Positions 27,916 to 36,174 of a DNA stretch of 64,000 nucleotides are shown here, in pieces. A model generated the notes under the pieces. It did no database searches and was not told the DNA's origin. It was given only the letters and a program-made list of their open reading frames with translations. The stretch spans positions 131 through 64,130 of the forward strand of contig JBGTMH010000032.1 of NCBI GenBank assembly GCA_041743715.1, in the 5' to 3' direction. A program made the translations under genes and the position numbers. Source of the stretch: Patescibacteria group bacterium (GTDB lineage: Bacteria > Patescibacteriota > Microgenomatia > Levybacterales > UBA12049). Numbering within the stretch: the first letter of the stretch is position 1; each line of letters opens with the position of its first letter.

Positions 27916-28002
27916 GGAGGGATCGCATAGTGGTCGAGTGCGCGGGCTTGGAAAGCTCGTATGGCCGTAAGGTCATCGGGGGTTCGAATCCCCCTCTCTC
28001 CG
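27916..28002 (+). tRNA. tRNA-Ser (anticodon GGA)
   Basis: GGAGGGA TC GCA TAGTGGTCGAG TGC G CGGGC TTGGAAA GCTCG, then a long variable arm, GGGGG TTCGAAT CCCCC and TCTCTCC G. Confidence 0.85.
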
Positions 28003-28072
28003 CACATCAATCGTGGCTGTCGCGTTAACGTGAGCGCTTGACATCCTCTGCTAAATCCCTCACACTGAAATT

Positions 28073-30013
28073 ATGCGTTTTTCTGCCCACGTTGGATTAT
28101 GTGCACGGCTTTTTTACTCACTGCTCCTCTTTGCAATGGTAGGTGTTGTCTTCCTTATCAATTTTTCCTCACCAGCGCTAGCTCAATATCCATCGGTAAC
28201 TCCACAAGCGCAACAAACATCAAACTCGTACCGTGATTTTCGCACACCAGATGTTGATGCAAATGTCCCCCGCAATCATCATACGTATACACAAGTAGTA
28301 GTCATTGATGTGTTATCAGCATTTATTTGTCAGCTGACTGGCATTGATCCCGCAAATCCCCGACAACCATGTCTAGACCTTAATCCCCAAACAGGCAAGC
28401 TGGGTTTTGCGCAACAACCCCCAAATCAGTTCGGGCAAATACAAGATGACAAACCGCAAGTAGGCGGCGCTCTTGGGACAATGACACACCTCGTCGCGGC
28501 CCTCTATACACCGACCGTCAGCTCAAGTCAATATTTCACCTACCTTGCAGGCAACTTTGGGATTGTCAAACCCGCAATCGCCCAACAACCGCAAATTCCT
28601 GCAGGACAACCTGGCTCCAACGCACAAGTTGCTGAAAATTGTTCTCTCTCGCAGTTTGGTTATGGTTTTTGTGGTCTACAACCTATCTTTCAACTATGGA
28701 AAACTTCAAGAGATTTTGCATATGCACTCTTGGTTATCGCTTTTATCGTACTCGGCGTTGGCGTAATGACACGGTTTCGTGTCGATCCACGTACTGTTAT
28801 GACTCTCCAAAATCAAATCCCTCGGGTGATTATAGCCATTCTGCTCATTACCTTTTCTTACGCCATTGCTGGCATTATGATTGATCTGATGTGGACCGTG
28901 ACCTATGCGGGAATTAACGCTATTACCACCGGTTCAAAATCGCAAGTGGCACTTGATTGTGATCCAGAAACCATAAAACCGCTCGCTGATTCAGCTTCTC
29001 TGCAACTTTTAAATCAACCATTCAGTTTTGTAAATACTATTTTCCTCAGAGACTGTGAGGGAAATGTTAATAGTGGAATCGTTAATCTTTCTGGCCGCGT
29101 TAGTGATGCATTCGGCGATTTAATCACCAATATTATCTATAACGTCTTCGGTTGGAACTTTGAGAACATAGATTGCGGGATAGGACCATGGGGCAAACTG
29201 CAAGATTGTTTAATAGGATTTGGTGTGTGGGTCACGAAATTGATTGTTGCCGCAATCATTATTATTGCTCTTCTTATCGCGCTTTTTAGGTTATGGTTCG
29301 AACTCATAAAAATGTATATTTCGACTTTGATTTTTGTTATCCTCGGGCCTATCTGGATCGTATTTGGGCTTATTCCCGGACGGCCCTTAGGGTGGGAGAA
29401 ATGGCTTCGTATCATATTTTCCAACCTTGCTGCATTTCCTCTCGTTGCGTTTCTTCTTGTATTCGCGCGTGTTATGGTTGATGCTATTCCTGAAACACCT
29501 TCCCCTCACAGCATTTTCATACCTCCGCTGATAGGAAATCCTAATGTATCGGCATTTAGTGTTCTGATAGGCTTTGGCGCAATTATGATGGCACCTACTA
29601 TTCCAAATATGATCCGCGAAAAGATGAAAGCACCACCGAGCAAAACCGGCACAGCTATTGCTGCAGGTATTGGAGCCGCAGCCGGAGCAGTTACTGCACC
29701 AGCAGCAAAACAATGGAAGAAAATGAATAGAGTCAATCCGACGACTGGTCAAGCTGAAGGTTCACTGGCAATCTGGAGAAAGCGAGCAGCTAATAGCGTA
29801 ATACCTAAGAAAATCCAAGACGTTAGAGCCAGAAGAAAGAAAGCTTGGAAAGCGAGTCTGGACGATCCTGGATCATTCAGAGCAAGAAACAAAGAAATGA
29901 AAAATCCACCACCCCCGCCGGCACCAACCCCAACGCCTACACCGGCGCCAGGAACTGGTACTGGTACTGGTACTGGTACTGGTACTGGTACTGGTACTGG
30001 TGGAACACCTTAG
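28073..30013 (+). CDS. Large polytopic membrane protein, candidate VirB6/TrbL-like channel component
   Basis: 646 aa with a signal peptide ending ALAQ, a ~200-aa periplasmic-type region, at least 6 TM helices, and a basic/PT/GT-rich C-terminal tail. The call rests on topology and position at the head of the T4SS-like locus, not on a recognised motif. Confidence 0.4.
   Translation: MRFSAHVGLCARLFYSLLLFAMVGVVFLINFSSPALAQYPSVTPQAQQTSNSYRDFRTPDVDANVPRNHHTYTQVVVIDVLSAFICQLTGIDPANPRQPCLDLNPQTGKLGFAQQPPNQFGQIQDDKPQVGGALGTMTHLVAALYTPTVSSSQYFTYLAGNFGIVKPAIAQQPQIPAGQPGSNAQVAENCSLSQFGYGFCGLQPIFQLWKTSRDFAYALLVIAFIVLGVGVMTRFRVDPRTVMTLQNQIPRVIIAILLITFSYAIAGIMIDLMWTVTYAGINAITTGSKSQVALDCDPETIKPLADSASLQLLNQPFSFVNTIFLRDCEGNVNSGIVNLSGRVSDAFGDLITNIIYNVFGWNFENIDCGIGPWGKLQDCLIGFGVWVTKLIVAAIIIIALLIALFRLWFELIKMYISTLIFVILGPIWIVFGLIPGRPLGWEKWLRIIFSNLAAFPLVAFLLVFARVMVDAIPETPSPHSIFIPPLIGNPNVSAFSVLIGFGAIMMAPTIPNMIREKMKAPPSKTGTAIAAGIGAAAGAVTAPAAKQWKKMNRVNPTTGQAEGSLAIWRKRAANSVIPKKIQDVRARRKKAWKASLDDPGSFRARNKEMKNPPPPPAPTPTPTPAPGTGTGTGTGTGTGTGTGGTP
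29951..29998 (+). repeat. In-frame hexanucleotide repeat GGAACT + (GGTACT)x7 encoding (Gly-Thr)8
   Basis: A perfect GGTACT tandem array spans 29957-29998, inside the 3' end of the VirB6-like gene, just after a PT-rich tract. Confidence 0.9.
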
Positions 30014-30019
30014 TTCTCT

Positions 30020-33019
30020 CTACTTTTCATATCCTCTAAATATCGAGCTGATGATGAGGGAGAATGATTGGCTGAGGCCGGGTTCGTCGACGTGGCGTCC
30101 GAAATCATCGAGCATAGCCTTCCAGAACAGACGATAATTTGTGGTTCCGGACATCTGGCGTAGCCAGCGTATTTGCTTCTTACTGAAATATGATTTTGCG
30201 ACTAAAACATTTCTCATCTTCTCATCGTCTCCATATACTTCACCAGGAATCGTTGCGAGTGCATCTAAGACATTGAAGTAGTAACTGACATTATATGACG
30301 GATCAGTACTATGCCTATCGATGTGTGTCCACAGATCTGCCCCCAATTTCATCAACACCCATTGCTTGTAGAGAGTCGATTTGTCATTTTGCACTTTATT
30401 ATAATCAATAACATACCTGCCAGTCGATGGATCTTTTTCATATCTCCCTTTGATGTCTTTTCCATTTTTGTCTTTTTTATTCATACGAAATTCTGGGATG
30501 TTGAGAAGTTCATACCCAAACATCGCTTCTCCCAACGGCATAGTCTCAAATTCGTACTTATCTTCGTCCCCTTCCCTCCCTTTAAACTTATTGTAACGAA
30601 CAGGCATATTATAATTAAGATCTCCATAGTTCTGAAATAAATACCTGATCGGATGCAGGAGTCCTGCCTGTAATTCCTTTTGAAATTCTGATCGATCAAA
30701 CGTTATACCACGGAACGTATCGTATTTGGTAAATTTTTCAAAATTAATTTCTTTGGCGCTCATTATCTGCTCATAAATCAGATACGACTTGCTGACGTGA
30801 TTGATTGCATAATCACGCATGGCATTTTCCTTAAAGACTAACTGACCGGCTATCTGACTGGACACTTTGGCCATCCGCACGTCATAATCATCAAGTGCCT
30901 TTTGTCTTTTACGTTTTTCGTTTTCGGGAGCTTGCTCAAACGCTTGCTCAAGCTCTCTTCGTCCTTCTTTTTGTCTCGCTTTTTCGGTATTAATTTCTTG
31001 AAAGATCTCAAGCGGTGTCTTTTTACGCGTTACGGCCTTGCGCTTACCGTCTTTATCTTGCTTATAGACTGTATTGCCGAGTTGGTCTTTGACTTCAGCG
31101 TAAGCTTCAGTCACGTTCATAGCTCTCATCAGATCAACCATCACTGATTTGAACATCGGTACGGTGTGGAAATTGCCAGCACCATTGCCCCGTTTTACCG
31201 ATGCCATTTTTCGCCGATATGCTTCAGTGTCCATCCATTTTTTGGCATAGTCATACCCCTGTGCCTTTGTGTCGTTTTTGGCTGCGCCGCCAGTAAAACG
31301 CATCATCGAATGCGCAACTAACCACACCATCTCCCAGCTGGCCTTATCTACTATGTCTTCTCCTTCATTTTTATCTTTGGCTTTATTGTTTTGCTCTTTG
31401 GATTTGAACTCATAGCGTTCCCTAAGCGCATCTTTCAGCCCTTGCTTGACAACATCCTGAAGAATGTGCGAAGTACTCATTGCTACCGAGTAATAGTTAA
31501 CAAGATTGGTAAAAGCTTTACTATCCTTAATCTTTCCGTCTGCACCAAATGCTTTATCAAAATGTCCACTTGCATCTTCTCCCAAAAAAGTAATCATGTC
31601 GTGACTTTTAAAAGTTCCACTATTTTTTTCTTTATACACTTCTGTTATTGCTTCAAGCATGCCTTCTCTCGTAAAGAATTTAGAATTTGGACCGAGTGTC
31701 TTTTGGAGTTCTTTAAAGTCTCCCAGGTTATAATAGGCAAGATACAGTGTGGCAACAGCTCCTCCGAACGTGTCATCACTCTTCTCTCCGTTATAATCAA
31801 GCGGTATGGTCGTCAGAACGTTAAAATAACTTTTTTCAAATGACTTTTTGGTGAGCTTACTTTTAAAGTAGAGTTCGTTGAGCTTTTCCGAAAGCTCCTT
31901 CCCTGTTCCCATAGCCTTCTCATATTCAAGATCATGATTCCGAAGATGAAATAACGCTATGACTTCTGACAACATTTCTGCATACAGTCCATTATATTCA
32001 TTCCCTTCCTCGTCAGTAAAATACCGTGCCTTTTCATCCACAAGCTCGTTAAGGTCAACAGGACGCATTGTTTTGGGTAACTTAACAGCTGAGAGATAAT
32101 TTGTCAGCTCGTCCTCATCTTTATCCTGATAGTACATCATTCGTGACCGTATCCATCGTATAAAATTTGCTTGATTGACAACATATCTCCCCTTAACCTC
32201 ACCATCTTTATTTTTTGTCACTTCCATCTGTAGCACAGGATATCGTCCTTGTACACCAAATTGCTCGGGATCATTATAATTAATTTGCCAAGCAAGCTCA
32301 AAGATGTTCGCAGGCAGATCTCCGTCATAATCCCTCTGCAAATCATAATGATAGTCTTCATCTAAAATAAACCGCTGTATATATTTTTCATTTTTTATTC
32401 CCATCGTTTCATAGAGAAAGTAGGTCTTTCGTCTCGTCATCTCTTGATCCGGATTCATTGTACCCAACTTTTCTATATATGGGTTCGTTTCCTCCTCAAA
32501 CACATTCTTAAAGTCTTCCCTTTGAAACAGATTTCGAATCTGTTCAGCAGTTTTTCCAGTTGCGATAAAATTATCGACAGCATTGATTGCTGATATTTCA
32601 TTTAATTTGAAAACCTCGTTCTTCTGTAGCAATTCGATCATTACTTCTTTATCCTCTTTCGTCCATTCCAATCCAAATTCGGTCAAATCATCTTCTTTTC
32701 GCAAAACAATCGGTGGAGTACCTTCATCTCTTTTTTTAATTTCTTTTCTCTTTGATTCTAGTTCCAATATATCCTCATATCGACGTATGGTCTCCTGCAT
32801 TGACCCTTTCGACTTTGATTGCTCATACGCGCTTTTTCGTTCTTGTTCTGCTACAACGAACTGCCTCTTTGCCTCAGCAAGCTCGGCATCACTTTGAATC
32901 GAGGAAATATCTTTTTCAAAAAGATCGCTTTCCTTATCAAGAGTCCCGTTGGTACCTTCGGTCATACCTCTATTATATCGGCTTTGTGAAAAGCCAGTCA
33001 ATCGTTCCTGTTCGTCCAT
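30020..33019 (-). CDS. 999-aa soluble orphan protein (no recognisable domain)
   Basis: A long uninterrupted ORF, convergent with the VirB6-like gene with 6 nt between stops. It is charged and coiled-coil-rich at the N-terminus. I found no TM helix, Walker A or nuclease/relaxase motif. Confidence 0.6.
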   Translation of the reverse strand: MDEQERLTGFSQSRYNRGMTEGTNGTLDKESDLFEKDISSIQSDAELAEAKRQFVVAEQERKSAYEQSKSKGSMQETIRRYEDILELESKRKEIKKRDEGTPPIVLRKEDDLTEFGLEWTKEDKEVMIELLQKNEVFKLNEISAINAVDNFIATGKTAEQIRNLFQREDFKNVFEEETNPYIEKLGTMNPDQEMTRRKTYFLYETMGIKNEKYIQRFILDEDYHYDLQRDYDGDLPANIFELAWQINYNDPEQFGVQGRYPVLQMEVTKNKDGEVKGRYVVNQANFIRWIRSRMMYYQDKDEDELTNYLSAVKLPKTMRPVDLNELVDEKARYFTDEEGNEYNGLYAEMLSEVIALFHLRNHDLEYEKAMGTGKELSEKLNELYFKSKLTKKSFEKSYFNVLTTIPLDYNGEKSDDTFGGAVATLYLAYYNLGDFKELQKTLGPNSKFFTREGMLEAITEVYKEKNSGTFKSHDMITFLGEDASGHFDKAFGADGKIKDSKAFTNLVNYYSVAMSTSHILQDVVKQGLKDALRERYEFKSKEQNNKAKDKNEGEDIVDKASWEMVWLVAHSMMRFTGGAAKNDTKAQGYDYAKKWMDTEAYRRKMASVKRGNGAGNFHTVPMFKSVMVDLMRAMNVTEAYAEVKDQLGNTVYKQDKDGKRKAVTRKKTPLEIFQEINTEKARQKEGRRELEQAFEQAPENEKRKRQKALDDYDVRMAKVSSQIAGQLVFKENAMRDYAINHVSKSYLIYEQIMSAKEINFEKFTKYDTFRGITFDRSEFQKELQAGLLHPIRYLFQNYGDLNYNMPVRYNKFKGREGDEDKYEFETMPLGEAMFGYELLNIPEFRMNKKDKNGKDIKGRYEKDPSTGRYVIDYNKVQNDKSTLYKQWVLMKLGADLWTHIDRHSTDPSYNVSYYFNVLDALATIPGEVYGDDEKMRNVLVAKSYFSKKQIRWLRQMSGTTNYRLFWKAMLDDFGRHVDEPGLSQSFSLIISSIFRGYEK

Positions 33020-33203
33020 GCTTGCAGTGTAGGGTAACTATGCGAAGGGTGCTTTATATTGAGGTAACAGAAGGATTACAGAAGCGTTATAATTTTCAAT
33101 TTCTAATTTACAATTTTTAATCAAATCACAATATTGCAATTTTCAAACGCTTAAAATATTGAGTCATTGAAAATTCATTGTAAATTGAAAACTGAAAATT
33201 AAT

Positions 33204-34532
33204 TTACGCAGCAAACCTGAATCCTCTTCCTTTAATCGTTTGCAGATGCACGGGATGATTGGCATCTTCTTCAATTTTACGACGGACTCGAAAGACGAGT
33301 TGATCAACAGCTTGATCTGTGATACCTGCTGTTGATTTAACTCCTTGCCAGACGATAGTAATCAGTTCGTCACGCTCCACAATTCGCGCCGATTGCTGCA
33401 ACAAATAACGAAGCAATCTGAATTCTGACGAGGTTAGTTGATCTGAGAGCACAACTGCACCTTTGCGAATTGTATTGGTATTTTCATCATAGACAATTTT
33501 CTGAATACTCTTCGCCGCTTCTTGGTACTCTGCGGTGATGAACTGGGCAAACAAAGGAATTTGAATTTTGTTCCCATGAATTAAGCCAACCTTTTCCAAA
33601 TAATCATTGACATCACGGTCAGCAAATGTACCCTCGAGCAAATCTGATTGCTCAGCAGGCGAGAGCGAAAACCAAATCTCATTTAATGCTCCTCTTACAA
33701 TCGTTTGTGTCAACAAAAATTCGCTGAGGTTTCCCGGTGTACTACCATGAGCAAGCAGTGTTTCAACACAAAATTTTGTTACCTTTCCGTGACCGCCGGT
33801 CAATGTCAGTACTTCTTTGAGAATCTGTGCAGACAGCTTCTTCCCAGTTAGCTTTTCAATAAACGAAAGTCGGAATGTACTAAATACCTCCTCATGCATG
33901 GCTACATACACGATATGACCTGCTACAAATTCGTAATATTCTGCAAGCAATGTCGGTTCAAGCATATTCTCCAAAGGTCTATTAACTGAAAAAACAATCG
34001 AGAAACGGTATTTTGCTCTATTGCGAAGAACACGAAGATTGGTAAAAAATTGACTTGTAACAGTTGGGACATACTCCTCAAAACGATCAAACAAAAACAC
34101 AATTGTTATTTTTTTCTCAAGAGCCATATAGTCAACTGCTTCTTTAAAGCCCTGAAATAACACCAACTCATCATTGAATTGGAGATGTTCCTGGAATTTA
34201 CCAACTACTACTTTATGTTCTTCAGTCATACCTCGTTCTCGGAGTGACTCGGTGAGATTAAGGAATAAATATTTCATCACATCAAAGAGATCACGATTGC
34301 GGATCTCTGAAAAATCAATCGCAACAAAATGTGTCTTTTTTTCGGCTGTACCGAGATGTTTTTGTCGGATATGTTTGTTATAGGCAAAAAGCCCAAGGAG
34401 TGTCGACCGACTCACGCCTGGGATGCCGACAACCTGACATGACCTGCCATCTTTTATATAGCTGACTATCTTTGCCATTTCCTCAAATCTCGTAGTATCA
34501 GGAAATTCTGCTTCAAAATGTTCGTCGTGCAT
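33204..34532 (-). CDS. AAA-like NTPase domain fused to C-terminal OmpR/PhoB-type winged-helix DNA-binding domain
   Basis: 442 aa. The P-loop-like VVGIPGVSRSTLL has Arg where Lys is expected, and the Walker-B-like segment is ITIVFLFDRFEE. The C-terminus LTSSEFRLLRYLL...VDQLVFRVRRKIE...IKGRGFRF matches the Trans_reg_C pattern. Confidence 0.7.
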   Translation of the reverse strand: MHDEHFEAEFPDTTRFEEMAKIVSYIKDGRSCQVVGIPGVSRSTLLGLFAYNKHIRQKHLGTAEKKTHFVAIDFSEIRNRDLFDVMKYLFLNLTESLRERGMTEEHKVVVGKFQEHLQFNDELVLFQGFKEAVDYMALEKKITIVFLFDRFEEYVPTVTSQFFTNLRVLRNRAKYRFSIVFSVNRPLENMLEPTLLAEYYEFVAGHIVYVAMHEEVFSTFRLSFIEKLTGKKLSAQILKEVLTLTGGHGKVTKFCVETLLAHGSTPGNLSEFLLTQTIVRGALNEIWFSLSPAEQSDLLEGTFADRDVNDYLEKVGLIHGNKIQIPLFAQFITAEYQEAAKSIQKIVYDENTNTIRKGAVVLSDQLTSSEFRLLRYLLQQSARIVERDELITIVWQGVKSTAGITDQAVDQLVFRVRRKIEEDANHPVHLQTIKGRGFRFAA

Positions 34533-34654
34533 AAACCTATTCTACCGACTTACTTATCAATTTACAATTTTTAATTTTGCTCTTGCTTTTCTTCTTACAA
34601 CTTTGTTATTGTGAATATATGGACTATCTAGCACTTACCCTACCAGGTGGAAAG

Positions 34655-34939
34655 ATGATTGACGCACCGGCTAGCGTTCCCACAGGAGGAACTGACGTAC
34701 TCGCAAAAGTGATCGGCAACGCAATCAACATCATGCTTATTATTGCTGTATTCGCAGCACTCGTATTTCTCATCCTTGGTGGCATCCAATGGATTAGATC
34801 AGGAGGAGATAAAAGCCAAATCGCCTCAGCCCGTTCAAAAATAACCATGGCAATTGTCGGTCTGGCCATCGCGCTCTTTGCTTTCCTTATCGTTAACCTC
34901 TTCGGTGTCTTCTTCAATGTCAAACTTTTTGGAAGATAA
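34655..34939 (+). CDS. T4SS pilin-like protein (VirB2/TrbC-like), copy 1, no obvious signal peptide
   Basis: Two-TM hairpin with the conserved loop ILGGIQWIRSGGDKSQIASARSKI. The ATG at 34655 follows AGGTGG. The track ORF starts at the TTG at 34577, and the ATG at 34619 is an alternative start. Confidence 0.55.
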   Translation: MIDAPASVPTGGTDVLAKVIGNAINIMLIIAVFAALVFLILGGIQWIRSGGDKSQIASARSKITMAIVGLAIALFAFLIVNLFGVFFNVKLFGR

Positions 34940-34991
34940 AGTTGATCTATTGACAAAGGTCAAAAAATTGTTTTATCATGGATACAGAGAT

Positions 34992-35393
34992 ATGAAAAAG
35001 ATTTTAGGAACACTCATAACAGCAGGCGCGTACTTAGGATTTGCAGTTTCAGCATTTGCGACAGGAGGTCAAGTTAATCCTTGTCCAGGTGCCGGTCAAT
35101 TTAGTAAACTGTGTAACTTAAATGCAAATAATATCGGTCCCCTCGTTGGAGCTGCAGTAACTTTCATTTTAATAATCGCAGTTTTGATCGCTCTCTTCTT
35201 CCTCATTTTTGGTGGTATCCGATGGATTACATCAGGTGGAGACAAAGCAAAGGTAGAAAGCGCCCGTGGAACAATCATTGCCGCAATCATTGGTTTGGTT
35301 ATCGCATTCTTAGCATTCTTTATCCTATCACTAGCACTGAGCTTCTTCGGACTCAGCTTGAACAACCTGCAATTGCCTACAGCTATTAAGTAA
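34992..35393 (+). CDS. T4SS pilin-like protein (VirB2/TrbC-like), copy 2
   Basis: Signal peptide MKKILGTLITAGAYLGFAVSAFA, then two TM helices flanking IFGGIRWITSGGDKAKVESARGTI. This is the pattern of the monoderm/CPR T4SS pilin family. Confidence 0.7.
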   Translation: MKKILGTLITAGAYLGFAVSAFATGGQVNPCPGAGQFSKLCNLNANNIGPLVGAAVTFILIIAVLIALFFLIFGGIRWITSGGDKAKVESARGTIIAAIIGLVIAFLAFFILSLALSFFGLSLNNLQLPTAIK

Positions 35394-35571
35394 GGCACTT
35401 ATCACAAAGAACTCATCCGCACTGACTTGTCACATTTATATACTTGAGCGCGTTCTTTGCATTCTACTGAAAAAATACTTGATGAGTAAGTGAAGATTCA
35501 CTCTAGCCTCGTATGATCTTCATTTTTCTTCTTGCTTTTTTATACTATTATTTGTTAGGCTTAAAAGAGAT

Positions 35572-35955
35572 ATGAAAAAACTTATTGCTTTAACCCTTCT
35601 TGTTGTCACCTTACTTGTTGCTGTCCCGCCTGCGTATGCACAAGGCAAAGAATGGGGAGATTGTGTCGATCCCCAAACAAAAATTGCTACTTTGAGATGC
35701 ATTCCAATTGTTTTCGGCAATATCGTTAGTGCCGCACTAGCGTTTGTCGGAGCAGTCTCGGTCATTCTTATCGTATACGCAGGTATCAGATTTATTACAT
35801 CAGGAGGAGATCCCAAACAAGTCGCTGCAGCTCAAAAAATTATTACTTACGCCCTCATTGGACTCGTCATTGTGCTCTGTTCGTTTGCAATTATCTACTT
35901 TATCAGTTACGCGACTGGTGTCAAGTGTATCACCAAATTTGGCTTTGGCTGCTGA
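35572..35955 (+). CDS. T4SS pilin-like protein (VirB2/TrbC-like), copy 3
   Basis: Signal peptide MKKLIALTLLVVTLLVAVPPAYA, then two TM helices flanking VYAGIRFITSGGDPKQVAAAQKII. The C-terminus is Cys-containing. Confidence 0.7.
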   Translation: MKKLIALTLLVVTLLVAVPPAYAQGKEWGDCVDPQTKIATLRCIPIVFGNIVSAALAFVGAVSVILIVYAGIRFITSGGDPKQVAAAQKIITYALIGLVIVLCSFAIIYFISYATGVKCITKFGFGC

Positions 35956-36079
35956 CGCTCCATAAATTAGTTTTCACAAAATAGCTTGAATTCCTATCCT
36001 GTTTGACACACTTTGTAGGGGTTGCAATCAAATTTTTCACGTTATACACTTTTAGCAACAGTAGACTCTAGTGCGAAGT

Positions 36080-36162
36080 GTATCAAAAGTATCAAGAGTA
36101 TCAAAAGCTTTTCAGTTTTTGGTTCCCTTGATACACTTGATACCCCTTGGTACTCTTGATAC
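36080..36162. promoter_or_regulatory. Array of seven GTATCAA/TTGATAC heptamers with ~9-nt phasing
   Basis: GTATCAA occurs at 36080, 36089 and 36098 (plus strand). The complement TTGATAC occurs at 36128, 36137 and 36156, with TTGGTAC at 36147. The array ends 13 nt before the PrgI-like start codon. Confidence 0.6.
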
Positions 36163-36174
36163 TCTTTAGAACTT

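Noticed and set aside
29845-30039. ORF with a WYWYWYWY repeat
   Set aside because: It is an alternative frame of the (GGTACT)n microsatellite inside the VirB6-like gene, not an independent gene.
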